A stretch of DNA of 64,000 nt. It comes from Oikopleura dioica. Its lineage: Eukaryota > Animalia > Chordata. Shown piece by piece: positions 24,673 to 37,713 of this stretch; position 1 is the first letter of the stretch; each line of letters opens with the position of its first letter. Made by a program: the position numbers and the translations under genes. The stretch is from the NCBI GenBank assembly GCA_907165135.1, contig OU015568.1, forward strand, positions 2,480,001 through 2,544,000, read 5' to 3'. Under the pieces are notes generated by a model. The model was not told where the DNA came from. It did no database searches and was given only the letters and a program-made list of their open reading frames with translations.

Positions 24673-27600
24673 ATGAAACTCTTGGCAAGTGTAATCGCCT
24701 CCTCGGCAACCGCCTGGAATCAAGGTGCCTGTGATGAAGGCGGTACAGTCTGGCAACCTGACGGAGCTGATATTTTCTACTGCAGGGAGAGTTTAAACTT
24801 TATGCTAAGATAACAGATCAAGCAAAACTTCAAAACTCAAAATGAGAAATACTTGCTCTTTCGACTGGATCGGCCGAGGTGATAAGGCCTACTACAAGGA
24901 GTTCGGCAAGCATGAAAACGGATTCCTTGCTCAGCTGAGTACCATCAAGTGGGGCCTTCCTTACTTGACGAAGGAGGGTGGATACATCGGAATTCTCCGA
25001 TTTGATCGAAGCTATTGTAAGCGCCCAATTCTCAAGGCCATCGGAGAGGGAAGAATCAACGTCAATGTTTTCGACCGATCTGATGACAACTACATGACTG
25101 AGGCCCAGTACTACGAGATGCCCGCTAATGGCGATAAAAACACCGAAGCCGCCTTTGTCCAATTTCGTCGAACTGGCTACGTTGCCGGCGAGTTCCTTAA
25201 CAAGGGCAAAGATCGATTCTTCTTGGAAATGAGCGGAATTCAGGATGAATTCGAACCACTTGATCCCGCCAATCCCAACGTTGTCCAAGATGACTACTAT
25301 CAGTGCTTCCAGAATGTTGGAATCATGACGATGGAAGATGACGGCAACGGATTCTTGAACTCTGACTATTCCAGATGTGCCGCTTTCCAGCGATTCGGCC
25401 AGACACCTAACTGGAGCGAAGAACCCCAAACAACAACAACGACCACAACCACAACAACGACAACTACAACGACGACGACCTCAACGACGACGACAACCAC
25501 AACTTCCGACAGCGAGTGGGAAGAAGGTCCTATTACACTTGGTGACACTAACACCTGTACCAATCCAGGCGTCCCAGTTCCAGCTGGTCGATTCTACGGC
25601 GAATTCATGCCGTGGGACAAAAATCGAATTGTTGGGGGACAAGGAGTTGAAGAAGGTCAGTGGCCATGGATCGTTGCTCTTGGAAGTCATTGGTGCGGCG
25701 GTTCCATCATCTCGAAAAACGCCGAAGGTTACGATTATGTTCTCACGGCTGCTCACTGCTGCCAATCAAGTCATGATTACGACCAAGACATCAAAGTTAC
25801 TGTTGGGGACTGGAAAATGAGCACTGATTCCCCAAATGAGTTCCAAGTCTACTCAGATGCTATCTTCATGCACCCGAATTACGATTACTACACTTTGAGC
25901 AACGATCTTTGCATTTTGCGACTCCCGAATCTGTCAGCAATCAATGCTGATGCATTTGAACCCGTCTGTCTCCCATCAGAGAGACCCGATCATGGACGAA
26001 AATGCTATGCTGGTGGTTGGGGAACACTTCAATCTGGAGGCTATCAGCCAGATCAGCTACAAGATGTTGGCGTCTGGATGATGGACAATGAATATTGTCA
26101 AGGCCAACAATATGATGCTAGCTCGATTGATCAGACAATGATCTGCGCTGGTACACCTGATTGGGACGAAGATGGACTCATCGATGGCGGTCAAGATGCC
26201 TGCCAAGGAGACTCTGGTGGGCCCCTTGTCTGCCTTGAGAACGGAATCCCAACTCTTGTTGGTGTTACCTCCTGGGGCTATGGTTGTGCTTATGAAGGAT
26301 ACCCGGGCATCTGGGCGTCTACCGCTGACAATTTGCAGTGGATCGATGACGTCATTAACGGAGTCGTCACTGTACCTCCGACGACAACAACCACAACGAA
26401 CACAATGGGTCCACCACCAGATGGATGGGAAGATGGACCAGCTACAATGGGTGACGTTGCCGTCTGCACTGATGCCAGTCATGATTACTCAGGACCAATC
26501 AGCGATCACGTTTTCCTTCCATGGGATGACATGAAAGTTGTCGGCGGTCAACCAGTTGAAGAAGGACAGTGGCCATTTATTGTCGGGCTCGGCGGCAACA
26601 GTGACGGCTGGGAGCACTGGTGTGGCGGCACTATCATCTCAAAGAATGCTGAAGGCGATGATTGGATTTTAACCGCGGCTCATTGCTGCTGGCAGAATGG
26701 AGCAGAGCTTAACAATATCCGAGTCGGTGACTGGAAGCAGTCAACTGTGTCTCCTCACGAGTTCTCTACTTCTGGAATTCAGTACATCCATCCTGGATAT
26801 GATGACTGGAGTTTGGCAAATGATTTGTGCCTCCTTCGAGTCCCAAATCTCTCTGCTGTAAATCCTGATGCTTTTGAAAAGACATGTCTTCCAACATCTC
26901 GACCAGAGCAAGGTCGAAAATGCTACACCGCTGGCTGGGGAACGCTCCATCAAGACGACTGGGACAGTCCAGATACCCTTCATGATGTTGGAATCTGGAT
27001 GATGGGCAACGACTACTGTCACGAAACAGGCAACGGTTACGAAGTCGATCAAACGATGATCTGCGCCGGTGTTCCTGATATTGACGGAAATGGAATTCCA
27101 GATGGTGGCATGGACGCTTGCTATGGTGATTCCGGTGGGCCTCTGGTCTGTCTTGAGAACAACATGCCATATGTTGTTGGAATCACGTCGTGGGGTTACG
27201 GCTGTGCGCAAGAAAACTATCCCGGCGTCTGGGCTTCCGTCGCTGACAATCTTGACTGGATCTACGGAACGATGGACGGATCCTACACAACAACAACCAC
27301 GACTTCTACAACAACCACAACTACCGAAGGACCCCCACTTCCTCCAAGCGTATGGGAAGAAGCTCCAGGCACCATGGGACCAGTCGATGTCTGCCCAGCT
27401 CCTGGAACTCCTTACTCCCCTGCCTCCCGAAGCAGCCCGAAGATGACTCCATGGGACAAAAACAGAATCGTCGGCGGCCAGGAAGTTCTCGAAGGTGAAT
27501 GGCCGTTCATGGCCGGTTTGTACAAATCTGGCTACGGTTTCTTCTGCGGCGGATCTGTTATCACCAAAAACTCGGCTGGACCGGATTACATCCTTTCCGC

Positions 27601-28360
27601 GGCTCATTGCTGCGAGGCATTTACAGACAATACCTATGAAGTCAGTATTGGTGATTGGCGGCGAGGAGATCACCAAACAAGCAGCGGTGAGTTTACTGTC
27701 CTTGGAAAGAAACTCTCTCATCCAAATTACAACACTGTTACTCTTGACAACGATTTGTGCATCTTGGAGGTCCCCAATCTTCTTGCTGCAGCTGCATCAA
27801 GAAATGTTGGGGCAGATTCTTTTGAAGCTGTTTGTCTTGCAGGAAAGAGGTTTGATTCTTTACGAGTCAAGAATTTTGCGCAAAAATTATATCTCGTCTT
27901 AGTAGAAAAATAATCACTCTTGTAAAGAAAGTCGACCAGAGCATGGTCGAAAAGTCTACGCCGCTGGCTGGGGTGCTACCTCCGAGGGAGGCTACACTTC
28001 CAACACCCTTAAAGATGTAGGCATCTGGTACATGAACAATGAGTACTGCGAAGCAACATCAAATGGCATGTATGGAATCAGTCAAGCAATGATCTGCGCT
28101 GGCGTTCCCGATCTCGATGAAAACGGAATTACAGACGGTGGAGAAGACGCTTGTCAAGGTTTTTCGATCAAAAATGAATGTATTGCTAATTGGTTTTAGG
28201 TGATTCCGGTGGGCCACTGGTGGTTCTTGAGAACGGAGTTCCTGTCCTTATCGGTGCTACCTCCTGGGGAATCGGTTGCGCTCGGCCTGACTATCCAGGT
28301 GTCTGGGCTTCTGTTCCTGATAATCTCGACTGGATTTTGGAAAATATCATTGTTGCCTGA
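24673..28360 (+). CDS. Secreted mosaic serine protease with three trypsin domains and Thr-rich linkers (polyserase-like)
   Basis: Signal exon [14 protein letters not shown]; R|IVGG, K|VVGG, R|IVGG; TAAHC/TAAHC/SAAHC; NDLC x3; GDSGGP x3 (third split by intron 28160-28199). Confidence 0.93.
25432..25505 (+). repeat. Poly-Thr (ACN)n coding repeat
   Basis: About 25 near-consecutive Thr codons, a mucin-like linker. Confidence 0.8.
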
Positions 28361-28504
28361 GACTCAAGTTGATCTGTTTGAAAATCAAAATAAAAAGTTT
28401 GAACACTAAATATTTTATCTCTTTCTTTAATTTATTGTTGCAAGATTTTTCAATGCTGCTTTCAAGCAGTAACAGTTCAGGCATCATTCTTGTTCTTGTC
28501 GACT

Positions 28505-30114
28505 TTAGCTCGCAAAGGCTCCGAAAAGTGCCGGCACCTTTGGCGCTGAGTTCTTCTCGGGGGACTTGGCGCAAATGACTCCACCCACATTTTGCTCGCT
28601 GCTCATGCTCGTCGTTGAGCTTTCAGACATTCGTTTGATTCGCTTCTTGATCATTTTGATTGGACTTGATGTCGTCTTTCCCTATAAAATGATACATTAA
28701 TTAACTTTTCATAGATTTACTTATTTGTAAGGGACATTTTAAGTAATTATAATTATAAAAAATTTAACGAAGACTTCTCCAAATTTCAAATAAACATCTC
28801 AAAGTTTCTTATCTTACCTTGTCGGAGGTCTCCTTTTTCTGTTCCATATCCTTATTCATCGCTCTTTCTCTCTCGCCCTTTTTCTAAGGTTCTTTAGGAA
28901 TTTAGGTCCTGACACTTATTTATATAACAGCCGAGACTAGCCTCAGGGTAGGAAAATTTCTTCAGACCCTTGTGACTTGAAGACCTTTCTTTTAAATCGC
29001 ACTGTTTGAGTTTTATAGCTAAAATAAAGTTGTTTTGAAGATTGCCGACAATAAAAGGCGCGGTGAACTTGAGAATTGATAATGAGTCTGTTTTCGAGTT
29101 TTTATTTTTTATTGTCAGGGTTATTAAATTGGAAATCTTGTGAATTTTTATTTCTTCAATTTTTCCGCAAAATCAATGCGCATTTGCTAGGTAAAAGATT
29201 ATTTAAAAAAAATAACCAAGAATTTTACCTCGATCTGTTCATCAAGACTGTTTATTGTCAACTTTTGGTTTTCGACTTGATTCTTTAGATCATCGTTCGT
29301 TTTTTCGAAGCTTTCGACCTTTTTCTTGAGCTTTTCCATTTCATGTTTCATATCAATGCGATCTTTTTGATTGTCAGTGATAGTTATCCAAAGTTTTTCG
29401 ATATTTTCCGCCATAATTTTCAGCTTATCAGACTCGTGGTCATCGACTTGTAGATTTATAAGTAAGTGTATGAAGGAGCGTACCTTTTTTATTTGTCTCA
29501 GGAACCACCGTTGCTTCAGAACTGACCTCAGAGAAACTTATTTCTGATATCGAAGGGAAAGGTAGCTCTTTAATGGGTGTTTTGGTTCGTTCATCTTTGT
29601 CATCTTCGACCTCAGTGTTCAGTTTGCGGACTGAGTTTTCTTCAACGTTCATGATCAGTTCACTTGCTTCTCTATAAGATCCATGATTATGGCTCAGAAA
29701 ATCCATGAAAGAAAGAGTTTTGTCACAGGGCATTTTCATGGGACATTTGAAGATGATTCTGTCTAAGTAGTCAGTATGTTCTGTAGACCTCATTTTCAGA
29801 TCGAAATCGAGAACTGACGAACACGAATGACAAACTTTGTTTTCTTGAATTATATCTTCGAAACAAGCATCGCATATTCGCCGAGAACAGAAAATTCTGC
29901 AATTCATCGAGCTCTCGGAAGGATCTTCATGGGCAAGTAAAGTGCTGGTGATACGCCTGAACTTGGCTCTATTGAAATTTTGAATAGAACTAACTTGCAA
30001 TAGTAACAAGAGCTGCTTGAATCTAGTACAAATCCATCCGCTAAAAATTCTCTTGGAATGCCGGTTGAAAAATGATAATTCATGCTCGACTTTTAAGCGA
30101 AAGATTTTATGCAT
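28505..30114 (-). CDS. RING + TRAF-type zinc finger + coiled-coil protein (putative E3 ligase)
   Basis: CYYC..C..CSRRICDAC..VCHSC; CPMKMPC..FLSHNH; intron 29464-29500 joins in frame to coiled coil MAENIEKLW...; 5' end uncertain. Confidence 0.6.
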
Positions 30115-30599
30115 TTTTTCTACTCTTGCATACTTTTATAATGTGCCAAATTCAAATGTTTACATAGAGTTGAGTTATATATAGAAAGTCATCTTTATCC
30201 ACAACTTGGTATAGTATTCTGATGTCAATAATCATGCCCCATAAAACGAATACAATCGGTGGTACAAAGATACCTCTCACCTTTGTGTTTTGACGTGTTC
30301 CTATGCCATACGAAGATCATGGAAAGACCTTTTCGCGATCGTAAAAACTTATCCTCTTTCGAATAACGAAAGCGTCGGTTCGCTATATTTTTCCAGAAAT
30401 GAGAAACAATGTTGTTACAACAGAACCTAAATGCGAACGGTAAGAATTTCTTCTCGAAGCTCAACGAATTTTTTTTTCCAGAAATTGGACTTATCCGCTG
30501 ATTACATGTTCGGATCCATGCTTATTGATTAAGGCAGCATTTTGTTTTTTTCTCATCGAGCGAGGTAATATATGAAGTCGAGGTTTTTAAAAATTTTAT

Positions 30600-31207
30600 C
30601 ATGGAATTTTTAAGAGATTGAAGATCGACTCAACTGGCCAAGGGTTTAGTGATATTTTTTCAATATTGCCCCTATAATTGCCAATCAATTAGTGATCGAG
30701 CAGGACTTCCCTAACCCAGGGACCCTAAAGACTTACATAACGCCTTTCTTAGCACCTAAAGCAATAAAGAACTCAATGGATAGTCCCGTTTGACACAAAA
30801 ATTAAACCCTTTATAAGACTAATAACTCGGATCTCGGCGGCTTCTTCTGTCTTTATGTAAGCAAAACTTTTATATCAATCACATGAGAAATGATATGTGA
30901 AGTCTTAAATATCTTAAAAATTAATTCATAAGTGTATCATGGGCCGATCAAGATTTCAGCGAGAAAAGATAAAAGAAAAACTGGGGATCAATGGAACATG
31001 TTGTACGTAAGTGATTGTTTATGAGTTATACAACAAGCTTTCAAAGAAAGAAAATAATCACTTTATTATGTTTTTAGACAAAGTTGGATCCTTTGCTGTT
31101 GCTTCCCGTGCGCCGTTGTTCAGCATTACAGAGAAGTGCTCCTCGGCGAAATCAAGCCAGAAGAGCACCTCGAGCAGCAAGGCTACAATTATGAAGAATA
31201 CGAATAG
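30600..31207 (+). CDS. PLAC8/cornifelin family Cys-rich protein
   Basis: REKIKEKLGINGTCC|..SWILCCCFPCAVVQHYRE; 5' end approximate. Confidence 0.7.
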
Positions 31208-31329
31208 CAAGCCAAAAAGGAACGAATCATTCTGGATTACAAATTTATTAAATAAAAATACAGCTTCAAGTTTTTTCTGTGTACTAATTGTCTTGAGTGG
31301 TTATTCTAGAAATTCCCGTAGTAACAGGA

Positions 31330-32860
31330 TTATGGCGCTTCCAAGCCATAATTCCACTGAAACGGCGAACGGTGCAGCACTTTCTGGGCGAAGTAAGCGT
31401 CGAAAGGTCGATAGAGCTCGTGAAGTGCCCGTACCACATCCATGTCGAGACTTTTATGTAGCGAGCGCCCTTTTTGCTCCGGCTAAAAATTGACGTTATT
31501 GTCGGTCCCTCGTCAACAAGGGAGGAATTTTGATTGGCTTGTAAGCTATTTTTAAGCTCCTGATTGGCTGAAATTGCTTACCAGGCAGTTGACATTTTCT
31601 TGTGCATCAATAAAGCAAGGAACATCCATTCCATCCCGGAAAGTGAAACTCGAAGAATTGATCCTTTCACTTAGTCCGACGTGCCGTTGGATCTCAACCA
31701 TCGGTTCCCAGGGTGTTTTGACTAAAAAGAAGGCTAAAAAGATGAAGAAAAACTCTTCGGCTTACGGAATTGACCACCATCAACCACAAGAAGCTGATCG
31801 TCTGGGAAGAACTGTTGCCAGTACTTATGAAAAACAGCGTAGAATCCATCAGCTAAGCAAAATTTAAAAAAAATGTTGGGAAATCTATCTTACATAAAAT
31901 AAGCTCGATCTTGTCCTGCGTCGCTCGAATACCAAATGGTCTCATTTTGTGCTTGAATCTGTACGATAAGGCCTTGATGAGTCCTTCTATAGTTCCGTCG
32001 CCCTCATTGTTTTTCACATCCTCCAAGAAGGCGCCAAAAGTCCTGATTGTATTTCGAAGATTGACTTGGAACTCTTCCAAAGTTTGGCCAATTAGGGACA
32101 GGTGATTATGGCTGAAATGACCGTCGTCCGTGTGCGTCTAGAAAAAAAGGGTTGAAAAATGCATTGCGGAGGGAATAAACCTTTATGTGAAGATATCTCG
32201 ACAAAGTTCGCTTGACATTATCACAAACGACATTTACTACTTTCAGCGTTTCATTCATCTCTTTCATCCTCGGCGGCGCGGTCAAACTCCGATAATAAGT
32301 CGGCGATTTTTCATAGTGAACATATGGCTGCTGCTTGTGACCAACTCGGAGAAAGAACTTTCGGTAATACGTAAATCCTTGCTCGTAATTTTTGTCCTTG
32401 TTGAAGAAATATGCTTCGGCAGTGGCTGGAACGGCATTTGGGTGGTTGCCGAGAAAAGTATGCGCCGCACCTGTTCGCGGAAATTTACGTTTTGTAAATT
32501 GTGAAGGAGGACTTTACCTGTTCCGCATTTCATCACCCCAACAATGATGAATTTTGGCGACCAAAGGGGAAAGTTATCAACCAACTCTTGGAAGCCAACT
32601 TCATTTATCTGATTTTGTTGTTGAATAAAGAGGGAGGCTTTGTTAAAACTTACGTGACTGGGCAAACTTGTCGGCTCTGCCGTCGGACCCGGTGGATATT
32701 CCGTGTTGCTGATATCCATCAGCTTCGCAGCGCTGAAATCCAAGTCCCCATTGAAAAACAACTTCAATTTTTCTCTATTAAAGTAGCAAAACGCAGTGAC
32801 ATAAATGGCCAAAAGCACATTTGATATCGTATACGCTCGTCCATATCTTCCCATTTTCAA
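31330..32860 (-). CDS. Heparan sulfate 3-O-sulfotransferase-like (Sulfotransfer_1)
   Basis: PKFIIVGVMKCGT|GA, YEKSPTYY, DGFYAVFHKYWQQFFPDDQLLVVDG, KGR..VVRALHELYRPF..FQW; type II N-terminal anchor. Confidence 0.88.
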
Positions 32861-33184
32861 GTTCTCTCTAATCTTGCACTACGATTTACATTTGAAAGGC
32901 AACTTATCAAAATAATTTTTCAGGAGAAAATGCTTGATTAAGTTGAGTGCTTGGATATTCGGATGGCAGTGCCGCGGGCGCTATCGGAACAAGGGTTGAG
33001 ATATTTGCAGCCAAAACTTTTTTCAGTATCAAAAATATTTAATATCAAACATTGTTTCTTATCAATAAAAGTCTTCGCCATTGTTTTAACAATTTTATAT
33101 GCCCTTCCATCATCATTTGTCGTTTCCCAAAATGATTTTTTCGAAAAAGCCATTTTTAAAGATGGTAAAAGAATGTTGGTTTAT

Positions 33185-34534
33185 CTACAAAAGAAACATG
33201 CTAGCAACAAAAAGTACAGAAGGTATGCCAAGTCGACTCGCAGCCGATGTTTTCTTGCTTGTAATTTCTTCAGAAACCGGCTCTCCATATCCTTAATTGC
33301 TTGGTTAACAAGACCATCAAACTTTATATTCACCAATGTAAACGGTTATCTCTTCAGCTGGGCTTGGTTTTGGTCCCTTTTCATCTTTTATGTTCTTCTT
33401 TGGATCAACAATCTCGGGTTCGAAGACTTCTGTTGAAGCAACAGTTACTGTTGTTGTTTTCTGTGTTTTCTCTGTCCACTGTTGAGCTACACTTTTATAA
33501 GAATTTCGTCATTTCTCATCTCAAAGAAGAACAAGCCCTTAGAAAATCCTTCCTGATGATCTCTGGGATAAAAACCGAGTCTTTTTCTTCTCCATCCCCA
33601 CTTCCTGAGAAATAGTCTTCCTCGCCATCGCCAGATGCTGTCTCATACTTTTCCGTTCCAATAGTGACTACAGTTGTGATTGAATCATCCAAGTCCTTTT
33701 CTGTCGAATGAATCGTCGAAAAGATCCCGTCAAAAAATGTGTCGTCGATTTCTTCATCGTCATTTTGATCGTCATCTCCACTTCCTTCAAAATCAGTCGA
33801 AAACTAAAAATTCGTTGAAATTAAAAAGACGAGCAAAACAACCTTTTTCTTGAAATCCGGTTGATCGTTGTTACACTTGTTTTCATCGCAAGTCTTTGTC
33901 TGAATAAATTCTGTGAAAGATTCGCCGGGTTTTTGGGAGAAATCGTAGCAGCCCCGTCTTATTGAAGAAAGTTCTCCGTCATCGTTCATCCATGATTCCA
34001 GAAAACAACCTAAACCATTTTGTATTTCTTGGACTTTTTAATTCATTCAACCTGGCCAGTCGTAGTAGGCTTCGCAATTTTCAGTTGAGCTTGTTCTCAT
34101 TCTCAAAGTTGGATTCAAGCAAGTATCTTTTCCCGAACACGAGATGCAAGAAAGCGGTTCTTTTTGCCGCTTTTGCGATTCATAAGACATTTCCACTGAG
34201 AACATATCTTCAGATTTTTTTGGCAAAGAAAATGTATTGCAGAAATTTTCCCTAAAAAGAATTTCGGAGAGGAAAAATGAGAAGAAGGCAACCTGCAAAT
34301 ATCCTGCCTGACAATCGAAACTTCCGGCTCAAATCCATAGTAACACTCTCTTCTCAAATCGACGAGCTCAAGATTCTTTCGTGTTCTCATTACTCTGATT
34401 TCCGTCAAGCACATCGGTTTTGTCCCATCTGTAATCAATATTTGTTGAAAAAAAATAGATTTTCTTACCAAGTCGATCCGGACAAGAAACGAGAAGGTCA
34501 TGATTTGGAGACCAACAATGCGAGTTTTCAACAT
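33185..34534 (-). CDS. GPI-anchored protein with Ly6/uPAR-like Cys domains and acidic Ser-Gly GAG-attachment stalk
   Basis: LSCISCSGKDTC..RRGC..KTCDENKCN; FEGSGDDD, ASGDGEED, FSGSGDGE; hydrophobic end AASRLGIPSVLFVASMFLL*. Confidence 0.6.
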
Positions 34535-35243
34535 CAATGTAACTTTTAAGGGTTAAGGAGGTCTAGAGCGAAAACCCCTCGTCAGGCATCTCAATCCTTT
34601 CCTATTGCATCTCACGCACTCCAAACTTCTTGCCGAGCCGGGCATCAGACTCGGCAAAATCGCTGAAAACATCAGCCTCATCCTCCTTTGCTCCCTTTTC
34701 TCCTTTCTCTCAAACTTTACTCCAAAATACAACCAAAATGTACAATGAAAGTCACAGAGAAGAAGAAAGAGAAAACTTCTGGCACGAAATCGACCGCGGC
34801 ATCCAGATCGCCAGAGAGACTGATAAGCGAGTCATCCAGCCGCGGAGACGATTTTTTTCGCTGAACTTGATAAATTTTCTCCCTTTATGAATGATCTTCG
34901 GGTCTTTTAATAGATTCTTATTAGAAGATTCAGTCATTTTTTCGGCTAGTTAGCTTAAAAAGTGGCATTCATCTTAAAACCCGTTTATACGCCTCAAGAG
35001 CCGCAAAAACAGGCTCGTTATAAAAGAACCTTTGAACATCGTTCTAAAACCTCCTTTATATAAAAAGCTTGTATAACATTTAAAATCTTATATATAATCA
35101 TATTGTTTAACACAATTAAAAGATCTAAGCTCAGAACGTCTTCAAAGATAACAATTGTCAATCATCAATTAGGTTCAATTATGATCCATATAAAAGTGCC
35201 ACTCATCGAATCCACGATCATAATTTTTTAAAATTTCTGAAAA

Positions 35244-35514
35244 ATGAAAGTCCCTATATTGGCTCTTTTGGAAATTTCTGGAACTTTTGGAACTCCTCCT
35301 TGGCATTTCGCTCGACATCATCGATATCAGTCGATCGCCAGGACTCCTGATGCAGTTGTTACACTTTCAATGATGAAGGGAAAGCTGACGGCTGGAAATA
35401 TTGGCCAGCAACTCAAGGTTAAACCCCCAGTTCTCGATTCTTCTCATAACAATCGTTTAGGACGAAGTTTCTGCTCAACTACGGATGACCATGCGATTTC
35501 CCTTCCACGACTAA
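35244..35514 (+). CDS. Small secreted peptide, paralog 1
   Basis: Signal peptide + PWHFARHHRYQSIARTPD..KLTAGNIGQQLK|DEVSAQLRMTMRFPFHD*. Confidence 0.7.
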
Positions 35515-35807
35515 CTGACCGATTACTTTCTGAAGACAAGTTGTTTCAACCTTGAATTATACTAGCAATAAATATGAAACAAATTGCTTAATTATGATTA
35601 ATCCTCTACCTCTTCAATAATAATCATTGATTATCTTGCTGTTTATAGATCAAATCTTATGTTAAAGAAGCAATTAAATTATTTTAGAATCTTATTTACA
35701 TAAAAAGCACCGATTAGATAGATTTAACATTCTATATGTTCTAGTGGACATGTATTGAGAACATAAAAGGACATTTAAGGCGAGTACGCTTTCATTCTTC
35801 CACAAAA

Positions 35808-36080
35808 ATGAACTTTTTTATCTTCATATTTCTTCCTTTCTTAGATCAAGTCGCTGCAATCGTTCCATGGCATTTTGGACGACATGAGCGCTTTCAAATT
35901 CTAGCACGAACTCCTGATAGAAAAGTTACAATAGATATGATGAGACACAAGCTGACTGCTGGAAATATTCGTCAAGAGCTCGGGGTAAGAATTCGTCCAT
36001 TCACTGAGAATTTTTTCAACCATCAGAAATTTAAGGACCTGGTTCACTCACAATTGGCAATGTCACGACGATTTCCTTGA
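35808..36080 (+). CDS. Small secreted peptide, paralog 2
   Basis: Signal peptide + PWHFGRHERFQILARTPD..KLTAGNIRQELG|DLVHSQLAMSRRFP*; same intron position as paralog 1. Confidence 0.7.
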   Translation: MNFFIFIFLPFLDQVAAIVPWHFGRHERFQILARTPDRKVTIDMMRHKLTAGNIRQELGVRIRPFTENFFNHQKFKDLVHSQLAMSRRFP

Positions 36081-36760
36081 TTATCAGACTTTCTATACAA
36101 TAATTTTTAACGTCGAAGCTACAGAACAAACCTCATCCATAGATACGTATTCAGACAGAAAATCCTGTCAGAGAAGATTTACCGCGGGCTATTAGCCATT
36201 ATTAATCTTATCGAGGTCAATATAATCCTTGACTTGTTAATCGTCTTTTCCATCTTCTTTTGCCTTTAACTTTTCAAGCTCTCTTTTCGATCTTTTTTTT
36301 TCATGAATAAATCCGCAAAAAACGACAGTTTCTACCGTTATGAAGTCATTGACAATAAGAACCTTACAAATAAGTCCAAAAATGACTTCATATACCAGGG
36401 ATTAATTCAATAATAATTGTTCTTGTTTCAATGCCAACGAACTCAAACTTATAAAAGTGCAAGACTCTGAGCGCCGAAAATCACTGGATGGAATAAATTT
36501 GAATGATTAATGCATTTGAATCGGCGCATTTGAGCGTTCAGAGCTGCGCGGTTGTGTATGTTGCATAAAGTCGTATGTTCCACGGCGCCACAAGCCTCAA
36601 GGCAAAACATTATGGTCTTATTAATACTTTAATTGCCATTCCGAACGCCATTCGTGTTTAATTTCAAAACTTGCAAGCCACAAATAAAAAAAATAGATAT
36701 TTTTTCTCCGAAAATGTTTTTTGAAATCAACAACAGAGAAAATTTCTAAAGTTGGCAAAA

Positions 36761-36956
36761 ATGGACGAAGAGAAGTTTTCGCAGGTCAGCCAGAAAAATA
36801 TAAAAATCAAATTGAAACTAAAGAAAGGAACCGTTTCAGGGAGGGTCAACTTGGTGGTTCGTCATGTTTCCGATAACGCCGATGTTCTTCCTTTTGCTGA
36901 TCATGTGGTTTTATTGGAAATTGCATCCAAGGCTTATGCCACGGTTTCAAGTTTAA
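36761..36956 (+). CDS. 46-aa single-pass membrane microprotein
   Basis: GT-AG intron 36785-36839 joins MDEEKFSQ|GGSTWWFVMFPITPMFFLLLIMWFYWKLHPRLMPRFQV*. Confidence 0.6.
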
Positions 36957-37092
36957 CATGCTTCCCAACTGATTCGACTTGATTGTAATTAACATTTTCG
37001 AGAGCACAGATGATGAGCGACAATAAGCAAAAAGGGATTTATCTTTAATGCGTAGATGCGTCTATCATCTGAATTGTCAGTTTTTGTTAAGC

Positions 37093-37713
37093 ATGCTCCA
37101 AGGTCACAAGAGACAGTGAACTGCTTTGACAGTAACTGACTAACAGGTTAACCGGATCAGATCTTAAAACCGTTAAAAGTCGCACGACCGACGGCGATAT
37201 TGGGAGCAAAAGGTGCTGGCAAGGAATGGATATGGGGAGATGCCGGAGTATAATCCGGAACTTGAAGGAGGATTTAGCCATGTTTGCTGCCCAGGTAAGC
37301 AAAGAAGGAAATTTAGGCTTCTGAATTGAACTTCAGATTCGTACTTGCGAAAGAAACTAGCTCGCGAAGCAAAAAAGAGCAGTTCGATCGAGCCGGTCTC
37401 GATCGTCAACGGCGAAATGATTCACTCGCCTGTCAGATACTCATCGCACGAAGAATGGAACTGTCACGTGGTGACGGAAATTTACCCGACGCTAGATTAT
37501 AGATCGAACGCACTTATGTCGACGACGTTTACTGGCTTCCCGCCACCTCCTTCTCCTTCTCTTTTGAAACTTGGGTCAAGTAATTCCCTTATCTTTATCT
37601 CTTGTATCTACATCTTGACCCATGAAAAAAGCTACCACCAATCGACGACTTTATACAATCTGGGCGAGCGAGTACAGAAACGAATGTATAGAATCAATTT
37701 ATTACCACAGTAA
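37093..37713 (+). CDS. Hypothetical spliced protein
   Basis: YWEQKVLARNGYGEMPEYNPELEGGFSHVCCP|DSYLRKKLARE joined in frame by gtaag..ttcag intron. Confidence 0.45.

Noticed and set aside
25366-27902. Multiple long antisense and alternate-frame ORFs over the protease gene
   Set aside because: Shadow ORFs of a GC-richer coding region with biased codon use
34739-34890. 50-aa ORF MYNESHREEERENFW
   Set aside because: No signal peptide, motif or splice support; may be real but is unsupported
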